A stretch of 64,000 nucleotides of DNA from an uncultured Planctomycetota bacterium (GTDB taxonomy: Bacteria > Planctomycetota > Planctomycetia > Gemmatales > Gemmataceae): contig CAWKHF010000005.1 of the NCBI GenBank assembly GCA_963849325.1, forward strand, positions 416,001 through 480,000, read 5' to 3'. Shown here one piece after another: positions 11,367 through 22,056 of this stretch. Numbering within the stretch: position 1 is the stretch's first letter; each line of letters opens with the position of its first letter. Under the pieces are notes generated by a model. It made no database searches. It saw nothing but the letters and a program-made list of their open reading frames with translations, and had not been told where the DNA came from. The position numbers and the translations under genes were made by a program.

Positions 11367-12557
11367 TCAAACTTTCTCCCAGTGTCCTGAACGGCGGGTG
11401 CCGACGAAGCGAATACGGCCGGCTGATTGCAAGTCTCTGAGAAGCCACTGAAGCCGACCGCGTGTCAAATGGAACAACCGCTGCGCGAACTCGTGAAAGG
11501 TGGCCGTCCCGTGCTGGTCAAGGTAATCCAGGAGTGCTTGTCGGTCGGCTTCTCGGCCCGACGCCGGCGGGTGGACGGTCCCCCATTTCAGGGACAGGGT
11601 GTAGTGAGCGCCTCGGGTCCGTCCGACCTTTTCCAGGAGCCCCAGCTGGAGCAACCGCTGAACGCGGTCGTCGGCTTTCCGGACCTTGCGACGGTGCATT
11701 TCCTCAAGCAGGAGGAAATCGTAGAGGTCAAGGTTCAATTCTTCGTGCCGTGCGACCCGAGCCATGAAACTGGCAAAGTCGGTGTCCTGGAGGGAACAGT
11801 CGAGGCGGAGCAGGACGCGGTTGGCATCGCTGCCGCCGTAATCCGGCCGCCGCTTGCCTTCCGTGACCATCAGGCGGAACATCTTGTCTACCCCCTGGCT
11901 CGAGCGTTCGATCAGCCCGGCCTTTTGCAGCGCGTCGGCGAGCAGACGGTTCCGGCGGTACTGCCGCTGCAGGACGGTTTCGGGGGTGATGCTGTCTGGG
12001 AAACCGCCCGGACTCTCGACCTCCAGCCGTAAAGGATATTGCCGCACCAAGATGGATTCGCCGTTGCGGTAGTCGCGGTGGCACACGGCGTTGAGCAGCG
12101 CCTCGCGAACCACCTCCTCGTTGAAGGCGGGCACCTGGGTAATGACCATGCCGTCGCGAACCGGCTGGACCTCGTTGCGCAGGTTAATAAGATTCCATAC
12201 CTCGTCATCGTAGAGCAAATAGCCCTGGCGGTATTCTTTCCTCTGCTGATAGGGAATCGAAGAGAGCCTACTGCGGTACTCGAAGATCAGTTCCGCTGGG
12301 GCCAGGTGCCGGCGGATGGCCGCTTCCTTGCCCAGGAGGACCAACGCGGCGACGGTCACGCTTCCTGCGTGATCGATCAGCTCGGCATCCGCCAGGAGCC
12401 GGACGGCAGGCAGCTTGAGCAGTTCGCCGTTGCCGCTTTTGCGGTGCCAGAGAGAGCGGAAACGTTCGATGCCATCGGGATCAAGGTGGTCGATGTTCGC
12501 CCCGCTGAGAACCAGGGCGGAGAAGTCAGGCTGGCGTTCCGCGAAGATGGCCTGCAA
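11367..12557 (-). CDS. ATP-binding protein (HATPase_c_4 + wHTH, RecG-C-like) lacking its usual N-terminal AlbA_2/Schlafen domain
   Basis: VREALLNAVCHRDY, ESPGGF, RNRLLADAL, GVDKM motifs. Begins at LQAIFAERQPDFSA without a clear start. Confidence 0.8.
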   Translation of the reverse strand: MQAIFAERQPDFSALVLSGANIDHLDPDGIERFRSLWHRKSGNGELLKLPAVRLLADAELIDHAGSVTVAALVLLGKEAAIRRHLAPAELIFEYRSRLSSIPYQQRKEYRQGYLLYDDEVWNLINLRNEVQPVRDGMVITQVPAFNEEVVREALLNAVCHRDYRNGESILVRQYPLRLEVESPGGFPDSITPETVLQRQYRRNRLLADALQKAGLIERSSQGVDKMFRLMVTEGKRRPDYGGSDANRVLLRLDCSLQDTDFASFMARVARHEELNLDLYDFLLLEEMHRRKVRKADDRVQRLLQLGLLEKVGRTRGAHYTLSLKWGTVHPPASGREADRQALLDYLDQHGTATFHEFAQRLFHLTRGRLQWLLRDLQSAGRIRFVGTRRSGHWEKV

Positions 12558-12559
12558 GA

Positions 12560-12917
12560 ACGCCCGTATTCGAGAACCCGTTGGAGGAAGGATGTTTCGG
12601 CCACTCCCGGTTTCGCACGAAATGCTGCAATTCCGCGACCGATACAGTATTCTTGGTCAGCCACATTCATGCGCCCTGTGGTATTACCACGGACGCAGAA
12701 CAAGATGTCACCGGGTAAGCATAATCTCGTCGGGGCAAAGGTCCACTGAACTGGCTTGGGATAGTTTAGGCCAAACTCAGCGGGACCGTTGATTAGCGGT
12801 TTGCCGTTCCCTTCGACATTGTACGTCTCACCGGGCGGGGACTGCCCCATCACTATGGAGGCAGCTTCGCCCAGTTCGAACAGAGCGCCAGTAATCGGGT
12901 AATCTTGGCCTCGTCAT
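12560..12917 (-). pseudogene. hsdS: Type I specificity subunit, N-terminal TRD fragment only
   Basis: ATGA overlap with the hsdM stop, then LPDYWRSV / LGEAASIVMGQSP, GDILFCVRG, CIGRGIAAFR. About 120 aa, with no second TRD. Confidence 0.8.
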
Positions 12918-14587
12918 GGCTCGCTTGTTCCACTGAGGAGGCCGAGCATTGCCAAGAGCGTATCAAGCTCCACGTCCGCCTTCTCCCCCTCCACTCGTGC
13001 CGCCTGCAAGTCCGCTAGAATCTTTGCCAGGGAACGGTGATTCACCCGGTCGTTGACCTCCACGAACTGCGACGGGCTGAGGTTGTAGTCCGCCGCTTGC
13101 ACTTCCGCCAGCGTGACAATGCGGCTCAGCTTCGGCCGGCTCTCCCAGCGGCGGAACACCTCGGCCACCGCCTGAATGCCTTCCGCCGTCAGCACGTTTT
13201 TCGGCTTCTCCTTGCGGAAATGAGCGGAAGCGTTCACCAGCAGGATTTGCCCCTTCCGCGCCGCCGGCTTGCCGCGTGCCAGCACCACAATCACGCCGGG
13301 GGCCGTCGTGTTGTAAAACAGGTTCTCCGGCAGCAGGATCACGCCCTCGATCAGGTCGCCCTCCACGAATGCTTTGCGAATTTCGCGTTCCTTGTTCGTC
13401 TGCCGGCTGCCGGAGCCGCGCGACACGGCGCCGGTATCCAGCACCACCGCCGCCCGGCCCGTCTCATTCAGCGAGGCCAAGACGTGTTGCAGCCAACCCC
13501 AATCCGCTGAAGACCGTGGCGGGAAGCCGAACGTGAAACGGCGATAGGGGTCGTTATCGTAAAACGATTCGTCGTAGTTGTCCTGGTTCCACATGGGGTT
13601 GGCGATGACGTAATCGAACTGCTTCAAGCCGGCGCCGGGGGCCGAAAAGCTGGGATTGCGAAAGGTGTCGCCCAGGGCGATCCGGGCGCTCGTGTCGCCG
13701 TGCAGTACGAGGTTCATCCGCGCCATGGCGAACGTGGCCGGGTTCAATTCCTGACCGTACAGCTTCGGCGCCTGGCCCCACTTGTTCGGATAACGCTCCC
13801 GGTAGATGATGCGAGCTTTGATGAGCAGTCCACCCGACCCACACGCGCAATCGTAGACCTCCATGCGCGGCCGCGGATCGAGTACCTCGGCCATCAAGCG
13901 GCCGACCTCCATCGGCGTGTAGAACTCGCCGGCGCTTTGCCCCTGTCCCTCAGCGAACTTGCGCAGCAGGTACTCATACGCTTGCCCGAGCACGTCCGGC
14001 GCGGTGTCCTCCAACCCCAGGCGATGCCGACTGATGACCTCGACCAGGGCGGCTAGGCGATCGTCGTCGAGGATACGCTGGCCAGCCTGGCGCTCATTGA
14101 AGTCCTTCACGTCGAGGACGCCTTGCAGTTCCGGATTGAGCCGGGCGGTTTCGCGCAAGGCCAGGGTGATGAACTCCCCGAGTCGGCCGTCAGTAGGGTG
14201 GTTGCGCACGGCTTGCCAGTTGTAGGCGCAGGGAACATAAAAGCGAACAATCGGTGGCCGGTTGGAAGCAAGGGCGTCCGTGTGGTCGGCTTCGATGATT
14301 TCCCGCGCCACGGCCTCCTCGCCGAAGAGCTGGACTTTCTCTGCCAGCTCATCATCGAATACGTCCGAGAGGCGCTTGAAGAAGATCAGGGGGAGGATGT
14401 AATCCTTGAACTTGGGGGCGTCCGTGGCGCCGCGGATGGCGCAGGCGGCGTCCCAGAGCCAGGTTTCCAGACTGCTGAGATCGAGGTGTTCGTCTGAGGC
14501 AGAGGCTGACGATTCAGAGGGTTTCTGGCCGTTGTCAGTGGCGGCGTGTTTGTTGCTTCTTCGGCGGCGTGGTTTCTCTGCGGCCAC
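12914..14587 (-). CDS. hsdM: Type I DNA methyltransferase subunit M
   Basis: LWDAACAIRG, GEFYTP, DCACGSGG (SAM binding), ANPMW (catalytic NPPW variant), LPENLFYNT. Confidence 0.95.
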   Translation of the reverse strand: MAAEKPRRRRSNKHAATDNGQKPSESSASASDEHLDLSSLETWLWDAACAIRGATDAPKFKDYILPLIFFKRLSDVFDDELAEKVQLFGEEAVAREIIEADHTDALASNRPPIVRFYVPCAYNWQAVRNHPTDGRLGEFITLALRETARLNPELQGVLDVKDFNERQAGQRILDDDRLAALVEVISRHRLGLEDTAPDVLGQAYEYLLRKFAEGQGQSAGEFYTPMEVGRLMAEVLDPRPRMEVYDCACGSGGLLIKARIIYRERYPNKWGQAPKLYGQELNPATFAMARMNLVLHGDTSARIALGDTFRNPSFSAPGAGLKQFDYVIANPMWNQDNYDESFYDNDPYRRFTFGFPPRSSADWGWLQHVLASLNETGRAAVVLDTGAVSRGSGSRQTNKEREIRKAFVEGDLIEGVILLPENLFYNTTAPGVIVVLARGKPAARKGQILLVNASAHFRKEKPKNVLTAEGIQAVAEVFRRWESRPKLSRIVTLAEVQAADYNLSPSQFVEVNDRVNHRSLAKILADLQAARVEGEKADVELDTLLAMLGLLSGTSEP

Positions 14588-14779
14588 AGTCGAATCCCCT
14601 GTTGCCTATCCTTGGTGCCGGCTTCGTTGTCGCCCGCATGACAGCCTCCTCTGTGCGGCCCGAAATGACAGGCAATATGGTAGGGATGGGATGCTGGAGC
14701 ACCAGCGAACGCCTGTCCACCGTAAGGCGGCACCATGGGGGAGGGAGCATTCGTATTCATTCTACATCGTCCTGCCCGG

Positions 14780-15016
14780 TCAGCTTCGACGGTCGGCAAG
14801 GCGGCTGGCCTTCAAGGCCAGCAGCAGCTGGCTCAGGCTCAAAGCCTTCGGGTCGTCCATGAGGGTCCGTAGCGCCGCAGGGTTGCGACGGAAGGCGTCC
14901 ACCCGCTTATCGTGTTCCTGAGCACTGCGGTAGGTCAGTTCGTGGCAGTGCCGGCAACCGAAGTAGCGGGCGCTCGGCGGCAGATAGGGGCCTCTTTCGA
15001 CCTCTTCATCGCCCAT
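14780..15016 (-). pseudogene. Fragment of a Cys-rich hypothetical typical of mobile elements
   Basis: YLPPSARYFGCRHCHELTYRS motif, N-terminus apparently missing. Confidence 0.45.
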
Positions 15017-15235
15017 CCCTTCTGTCCAAACCTTGATGAGTTAACGGCCCGCTTCGCTTTCGCTCGGAGAGGGCGGCTGGCCCTCCGACGAAAGGCGGGC
15101 CGCGTTTTTATTCATTAAAAACGTTCGGCCTCTCGGTTTCCCCTTGCGAGGTCCGAAAACTCAACGTAGAACGGATACAGTTCGTACGCGGATTCACCTT
15201 CGTTCGACCCTCACCCCTGTCTCAAGAGGTGCCCG

Positions 15236-16627
15236 ATGAAGTGTCGCCTGCCTCGGAGGACGTGTCGCCTGCCCCGCTTGTTTCTAGCTGTTCTGCTCGG
15301 CTGCCTGGTGTTCGGTGTACGCGGGGCTTATGCCCAGGGGAAGGCCAACGGTGCTCGCATCGAGGAACGTCCGTTCTTGCTCTACGCGCTGGAAAGCATG
15401 TCGGTTCGACGCCCCACCGACACGAACCGGCCGGGCAGCCGCTGCGAATCGCCCCACGTGTTTTTGGCGCGGTACGTCGCGGAGCAACGTCTCGTCTGCG
15501 ATACCCTGCGACGTCACGTGCAGAAACGCAAGATCGAGGAACTCACGCCGCTGTTCGAGAACTATGAGAAGGAATTGAACGTGCTCGATGAATGGTTCAA
15601 GGCTCTCGATAAGCCGTGGGTCGCCTACAACCAGAAAATGTCGGCGGCGGCTTCGGTCTCCTCGACGCGAATGCTGGTGACCGGCCTGGGCTACGCCCTG
15701 GCCCCGGTCGCCGTGGGAGACGAGCGCAAGCATTTCGCCCGCAGCCTCAACGGCATGTTCCAGACCGCCATCGCCGAAGGACAGAGAATGCGCGTCTTCA
15801 GCGCCGCCGCCGGCGCCGAACTGAAGTCCAGCTTCCAAAGCGCCAACGAGCAATTTTCCCCGCGCTGGGAGAAAAGCCATCAGCAGTTTCAGACGCAATT
15901 CGAGGAGTTCGTCCAGACGAGCAAGACCGAGGACGCGGAGTTCGCTTTCCAGGTAGCCAAAAGCGATTTGCCTCCCGAGCGAAACCCGTTTTTGCGGACG
16001 GCGAAGGCGGCCGCGATCTTGAACAACAAGGACGCCAGCGTCAAGGAGCTGATGGAGCAGGCGGAAGTATGCCGGCAAGCCGCCGGCATGGTGCCCGCCG
16101 ATCGCGTTTTCAACCTCTACCGCGCGGCCTTCCTCGGCGTCGCCGGCACCATCGCCAACCGGGCCGCCGCCAAGGACCTCGGCGTCACCGGCTTCCCTGC
16201 CAGGCCGAAAGATGCCCCGGAAGCCGGAAAATTGGCCTACAAAATCTGGACCGCCTACGCCAAGGTCGAGCCGTTCGACACCAATTACACCGAGGAGGTC
16301 GTTCGCGCTTTCATCCTGGCCTGCGCCCAGGCGGGGTACGCGGCCAACGCCCAGGCCGTCATCCTCAAGGCCATCGTCATCCTCCGGGGTACCGGCCGAT
16401 TCCAAAACGCGATGCTGAACGCCAATGCCTCCGTGCGCCCGGAGTTCTGGTACGATTGCGCCCGTGTCTCCAGCTTTACCGGCAACACCCGTGTCAGCCT
16501 GGCCTGTCTCGGCCAGGCGGTGAAATTGGGTTTCCGCGAGATGGAGTCGGCCAAGGTCCATCCGGACCTCCGCAACGTCCGCGAGGATAGCGCCACGGCG
16601 GCGACGTTCAAACGCCTCTTCCCCTGA
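15236..16627 (+). CDS. Secreted helical protein with C-terminal TPR-like cap
   Basis: Signal peptide (..GAYA-Q), long open frame, C-terminal WYDCARV..LGQAVKLGF..DLRNVR TPR-end pattern. Confidence 0.75.
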   Translation: MKCRLPRRTCRLPRLFLAVLLGCLVFGVRGAYAQGKANGARIEERPFLLYALESMSVRRPTDTNRPGSRCESPHVFLARYVAEQRLVCDTLRRHVQKRKIEELTPLFENYEKELNVLDEWFKALDKPWVAYNQKMSAAASVSSTRMLVTGLGYALAPVAVGDERKHFARSLNGMFQTAIAEGQRMRVFSAAAGAELKSSFQSANEQFSPRWEKSHQQFQTQFEEFVQTSKTEDAEFAFQVAKSDLPPERNPFLRTAKAAAILNNKDASVKELMEQAEVCRQAAGMVPADRVFNLYRAAFLGVAGTIANRAAAKDLGVTGFPARPKDAPEAGKLAYKIWTAYAKVEPFDTNYTEEVVRAFILACAQAGYAANAQAVILKAIVILRGTGRFQNAMLNANASVRPEFWYDCARVSSFTGNTRVSLACLGQAVKLGFREMESAKVHPDLRNVREDSATAATFKRLFP

Positions 16628-16679
16628 AACTCCGCCTCGATGGCCGTCGCGCGGGTGTCGAGGAAGAAAGGGGGAATCC

Positions 16680-18253
16680 ATGATTTTCCGCTGTCCGCAT
16701 TGCCAGGGCGCCTGTTCGCTCCCCGAGGGTATGACCGCCCAGACCTGGGCCTGTCCTCGTTGCGCCAAACCGATTCCCGCGGACTGTTTCTCGGCGACCG
16801 CCGCTCCGGTTCCGTCCGAGACCAAGCCCGCGAGGCGCTCGGGCCTGGCTCCGGACGCCGCCAAGAAGCCGCTTCCGAAGGAGGCGACGAAGCCGGTAGC
16901 CGTGGGGGGCCGGAGAAACTCCAGTCTGGCCCGGCAAGTCCGGAGCGGGCCGTCGGAAGTTCCCACGCCGGTCGAGAAGGCCTTGTGCGATCCGGCCCCG
17001 CGCTGGCCGCGCCGTCTGATGACGCTGACGTGCCTGGTCCTGTCGGTGTCGCTGCTGGCGTCGTCGGCGGGATTGGCGATCTGGAAAGTACGAAAGAAAG
17101 GCGCACCACCCCCGGTCGCGCAGACTGCCAGCGAAGCCAGGGAAACGCCCCTCTCCCAGCCGGTGAAACCGGAGGCTCCCCCGAGTCGTCCCGAAGAGCT
17201 GTACGGTGGGATTGAGATTGGCTCCAAGGGGATCAAGTCCGTCGTGGTGCGTTTGCGCGAGTCGGGAAACCAGGGGCACGCTTCGGAGTTGGCCGCGCCC
17301 GTGCAAACGGCCAACACCACCCTGGTGACTCACTTGAGAGAGGCCGGCATCCTCGATCCCGACGCCTTGCGCGACACCGTGCGTGTCGTCGGCAGCTTCC
17401 ACGAGCGCCTGCGGCGCGATCATCAATTGCCTCCCGAACGCATCTACATTATCGCCAGCAGCGGCCTGTTCGCCTCCATCCAGGACAAGCCCGAGCAGAT
17501 CGAGACGAACAGCGCCATCTCACCGCCGCCGTGAAGCAGGCGACGGGGCAGGAGGTCGCTTTCCTGAACAAGGAGCAAGACCTGGAGTTGACGTTTCGAG
17601 CCTCGGTGCCGCCCGGCGACGCCGAGGAAGCGCTGCTGGTCGATCTGTCTGCTGGTAAGACCACGGTCTGCTACAGCGAGGGATCGCTGGCCCGTTTCGT
17701 GTCCCTGTCGTTTCCGTTTGGCGCCGTGCCGCTGACGGAGGAAGCGAATCAGCGTGTCGGCGAACGCGGAGGTTCATTCGTCGAGCGGATCGACGAACTC
17801 CTCAAGGACGGCGAAAAGCTGCAACCGTGGCGCGAGGGTCTGCAACGCCATCCCGGGCTGGTCAACCTGAAGCACGTTTACCTGACGGGAGGGCCGATCT
17901 GGGCCTTGGCGACGATCGCCCATCCCCAGGAGCGCGGCCCGCACGTCGCGCTGACCTTCGCCGACGTGGAGGCGTTGGCGGGCCAACTGCAAGGGCCGTC
18001 TGGCTCGATCCCGGAGCCGAAGTGGACGGGCGACAAGGAGGAGGCCGCGGCCCGCGCGGTCGAGGCCGCCATGCGCAGTGTGCGGAAAACGTACAATCGG
18101 GAACAACTTCTGGCCGGCATGAAGATCCTGCTGGCGCTGGGCGGCGACCTTGGTTTCCAGTCCTCCGCGGACAAAAAGATGCTGTTCGCGCGCGACGGCT
18201 ACCTGGGTCCGGTCCTCGGTTACGCCATGCTTCTGAAAAATAAAAGGCGATAA
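16680..18253 (+). CDS. Zn-ribbon + TM + Ppx/GppA-like (ASKHA) domain protein (frameshift near 17515)
   Basis: CPHC/CPRC, one TM helix, YGGIEIGSKGIK, ASSGL, LLVDLSAG, YLTGGPIWAL. Confidence 0.7.
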
Positions 18254-18311
18254 GTCCCTCGCCCCCGGAAGTGTCGAGGGATGGTCCCCACCTTCTTCGA
18301 GCACAACGACC

Positions 18312-21050
18312 ATGCCACGAGCCATTCTCTGCGAAGGATGCAAGCGGACTCACCTGATCCGCGATGAGCTGATCGGTCACAAGATCCAGTGCGATTGCGG
18401 CCGCATCCAGACGGCGCCGGACACGGCGCCGTACCGGCGTCCTCCGGCGCGGGGGCTGGATTCCTGCCTCATGCTGGGATTGTCGTTCGTACTGCTGCTG
18501 GGGAGTCTGCTGGTCGGCGGTGCGGTCGCCGCCTGGGTATTCGTGGACCACGGCGCCACGGACAATACGGCCATCGCGGCCGCTCCCGAGCGCGCCGGCG
18601 ACCGAAAAGGAAAAACAGCCGCCGGAGCGGAAAGCCAAGGAAAACGACCGGGAGAGATCCGACGCGAAGCAACGGGAGAAATCCGAGGAAAAGGAACGGG
18701 ATCGCCCCCAGTCGCCTGAGTCTCCTGTTCTGCGCACCTCCACCAACGCGGGACCACGCACTTATACCGAAAAGGAATTGCGCAGCGCCTTCTGCAATCG
18801 GTGGTATTGATCTACAACCGTGATGGTGGGAGCCTGGGGAGCGGAAGCGTTATCCATCGCGGACGAAGGTTGATCGTCACCAACCAGCATGTTGTGCTGA
18901 ACGAAAGGAAGGACCGACAAGGAAGAATCGTGAGCAAGGAGATCGTGCCTCGGGTCGAAGTGCTCTTCCCCCAGCCCGGTGAAGGAGGCGAGTTCATCAC
19001 GGACAAAGGATACTACTTAAACAGGATGAAAAGGGGCGAAGGCAAACCGGCCCGTGTCCTCCCCGGCAGCAGCGAAGATCCGGACCTGGCGGTGATTCAA
19101 TTGGAAAACGACATGCCGCAAGACAGTATCGCCCTGAAGCTGGCGCCACGGCCGGCCAATGGCGGCGAAAAAGTGGTGCTCGTGGGTAACTCGGGCCTTA
19201 GCAGCGGCTCCTTTGGTATAGCTCCGGGGTTGGTCAAGAATCGCCTGTCCGGGGTCGCGGGATGGAAGGTAACTCGGTCTCTCGAATCCCACATACCGAG
19301 TTTCGGAGGAGACAGCGGCAGCGCCGTGGTCAATTATCAAGGACAGATCGTCGGCGTACACTTCGGCGCTATTACTCTAAAAGGCGCATCGCTCCAGTAT
19401 GCCGTGGATCGAGACGAGGTGTTGACGTTCCTGAAAAAATACGATGTCGAGCCTGCGGAAGTGGTTGCCTCGGAGGTGCTGCCGCCGGCCAGCGCGGTGG
19501 TCCTGGACCTCCTCAAGCAACTGGACGATGCCGACCCGGAACGCTGTCGCAAGGCGGTCGAGGATTTGTCTGGGGTGGACCCGTTCGACGCCCGGCGGGC
19601 GATCCCGGCCCTGGTGCGCGCGCTGCAGCGTCATCCCGATTCGGGCTTTCGCCGGCGCGTGACGGAGGAACTGGAACGCATCGGCCCGCCCGTCAAGGAA
19701 GACATCGACTGCCTCGCCCCCGCGATGCGGATAGCGTACAAACCGCTGCGACTCTACGTCTTGCACGCGCTACGCGCAGTTGGGGCCGGACGCCAAACAA
19801 GCGATTAGCGTCTTGGCCCTGGGACTGAAAGACGCCGACAGCGAAGTACGTCAGAAGTCCGCCCTGATGGTGAAGACCCTCGGGCCGAAGCTCGGGCGCT
19901 CGCCTTCGCGCCGCTCTTGAAACTGGCCGACGATTCGGACGAGGAGGTGGCGCGGGCCGGCCTCGACGCCTTGCTGGAACTCGGCGCCTTGACCGAGGCG
20001 GAGATCAACGTCCTCACCGAAGCACTCGGGGATGTCAAACGGCGAGTCTGGGTGCGGCGCTTCGCCGCGCATCGTCTGGGATTGCAGGGCGAGAAGGCCG
20101 CCAAGGCCGTCCCGCACCTGGCGAAAGTGCTGGAGAAGGAAAAAGACCTCAATCTCCTGTCCCTGGCGATCGGCGCGTTACGAAGCATCGGCGACAAGCG
20201 GCCGGCGGCATGCGCCGCCCTGGTTTCGTTGATCGTCTCCCATCCGGAGGAGAAAATTCGCATGGAATCGCTGGAGGCCGTCGAGTCGCTCGATCTTTCC
20301 GCTTTCCCCACCGGCCAGATGTTGGAATGCTCGGTTACGGAAAAAAGCGAAAAGATGCGCGAGGCGATCGCCAAACGGTTAGGAATTCGTCTCGCCGCCT
20401 TGAAGCCCGAGCAGATGACCGAGTTCATCCCCTTATTCCGGCACAAGGAGCCGGCGATCGTTCTGACGGGCCTGAAGATCGTGCTGATGAAGAAGCGCGA
20501 CGCGGCCCCGATCGCGGCCGAGCTGGCGGGCCTGGTGAAGCACTCCGATGCCCGGGTGCGCCGCATGTCGTTCGACGCCTTGCAAGCGATCGGGCCGGCC
20601 GGCAAGGCCGCCGTGCCGCCGTTGCTGGAGGCACTCAAGGAAGTCCCCGAGTCCCAGCGCCTCGCCGTGGTCGTGACCATCGGGACTATCGAGTCCAAGG
20701 ATGCCAAGGTGGTCGAGGTGATGCTCCCCCACCTCCTCGCCGGGCTGCACCCGCGCATGAGGAAGACGGGGGCACCGACGACCGCGCAAGTCAACGCCGT
20801 GCTGGTAGCGATCGGACAGCCCGCCGTGGAGGAGATTTTCAAGCTCTTCGGTACGATCTCGTATCGCGGCACGGACAACATCAATCACCGTAAGAACCTC
20901 TTCCTGGCCCTGGAAAGCCTGGGACCGGGGTGCAAGTCGAAAGAGAACTACGACCAGGTCAAGTCGCTCCGCAACCGGGAAGGCGCGAGAATTACAAGGA
21001 CGTCCTCGCGGCCGCCCAGCGGGCGCTGAAGGAAATGGACCCGAATTAAG
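18312..21050 (+). CDS. Zn-ribbon + TM + trypsin-like serine protease + HEAT repeats (several frameshifts)
   Basis: CEGC/CDC, TM helix, GSGSVI, TNQHVV (His), DLAVI (Asp), GDSGSAV (Ser), then AVPHLAKVL/AVPPLLEAL HEAT repeats. Confidence 0.75.
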
Positions 21051-21075
21051 AGGCGCTAACCCAATGCAATTTTTG

Positions 21076-21261
21076 ACCACGGATAACACGGATGACACGG
21101 ATAAGAACCCCTAACTTTTTGGGCGAACGGCCGGCGTCAGCCGGCTGGTTTCTGGCCTCCACCAGCCGGCTGACGCCGGCCGTTCGCCATTTGGTTAGTG
21201 CCTCGAAAGAAGACCAGAACGCTCCTGGGGTTTTATCCGTGTTATCCGTGTTATCCGTGGT
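21076..21261. repeat. Nested inverted repeats: outer (ACACGGATR)n arms around an inner GC-rich REP-like hairpin (21122-21188)
   Basis: accacggataacacggatgacacggataa vs ttatccgtgttatccgtgttatccgtggt; inner ggcgaacggccggcgtcagccggctggt / accagccggctgacgccggccgttcgcc. Confidence 0.85.
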
Positions 21262-21324
21262 TTCAATTCATTTGGGGTAACCGTTCATCTCGTTGAGCCG
21301 CGCGGCCCTTCTCTTTCGCCGCGC

Positions 21325-21858
21325 TCACGGTTGGGGCCGATAGATCTTCACCCAGCCGCCCTTTTGCAGGTCGTCGAAGCGCAGCGTCGCCCGCTGGACG
21401 ACTCGTCCTTCCTTGTCGTCTGGACCGCCGACGTTCTGGTGCAGGATTTCCAGGACTTTGCCGTCGTTTTTCACCGCGGCGACGATGGCGGTGTGGTGCG
21501 GATAGCCGGCCTCGTAGGTGCCGCGCCGCGTCCGACCCTTGAAGATCGCATCGCGGAATTGCAGGATGTCGCCGGGCAGAGCCGGGCCGGTCAAGTTGGT
21601 GCCGGCCGTGACCGTGCGCACCAACTCACCCCAGACGTACTCGCGGCCGCGGAACGAGTACGAGGAGGGCGGCACGTCCGCCGCCTGCAAGGCCCGCACG
21701 ACCAACGTGGCACACTCGCCGTCGCCGACCTGCTTGCCCAATTGAGCTTCCACGAACGCCAGCACTTTCTTGTTTACCTCGGGCACCGCCGGTCCCTTCG
21801 AGGTGTCGGCCCCCAGCAAAAGGACCGCGGACAGCACCGAGAGAACGCGCACACGCAT
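21325..21858 (-). CDS. Secreted cysteine-proteinase-fold (CHAP/NlpC-like) protein
   Basis: Signal peptide, VGDGECATLV (Cys), PGDILQF, PHHTAIV (His), ILHQN. Confidence 0.7.
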   Translation of the reverse strand: MRVRVLSVLSAVLLLGADTSKGPAVPEVNKKVLAFVEAQLGKQVGDGECATLVVRALQAADVPPSSYSFRGREYVWGELVRTVTAGTNLTGPALPGDILQFRDAIFKGRTRRGTYEAGYPHHTAIVAAVKNDGKVLEILHQNVGGPDDKEGRVVQRATLRFDDLQKGGWVKIYRPQP

Positions 21859-22056
21859 GGCAGGCACCTCCCGAGAAGGACAAGGATCGAGACGATGTTG
21901 TCAATTTACCCCTTTCCCCTGGGCGACACACGCGGATTTTCCGCCGTGGCCAGACAGGGACTCGATACGCCCGACCGCACCGAAAAAGATCGCGGCGCGC
22001 TCAAGCTGCCCCTCGCGCCTTGCCGATAAAACGGGTGCTGACGCCCAGTCAGCGAT

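Larger units (their letters stand above)
4607..15100. mobile_element. Decayed tRNA-Cys-targeted integrative island carrying a Type I R-M locus
   Basis: Integrase remnant abuts the tRNA 3' end, followed by a DUF3987-like remnant and defence cargo, all on the minus strand, with lower-GC patches. The right boundary is not defined because no attR was found. Confidence 0.7.
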
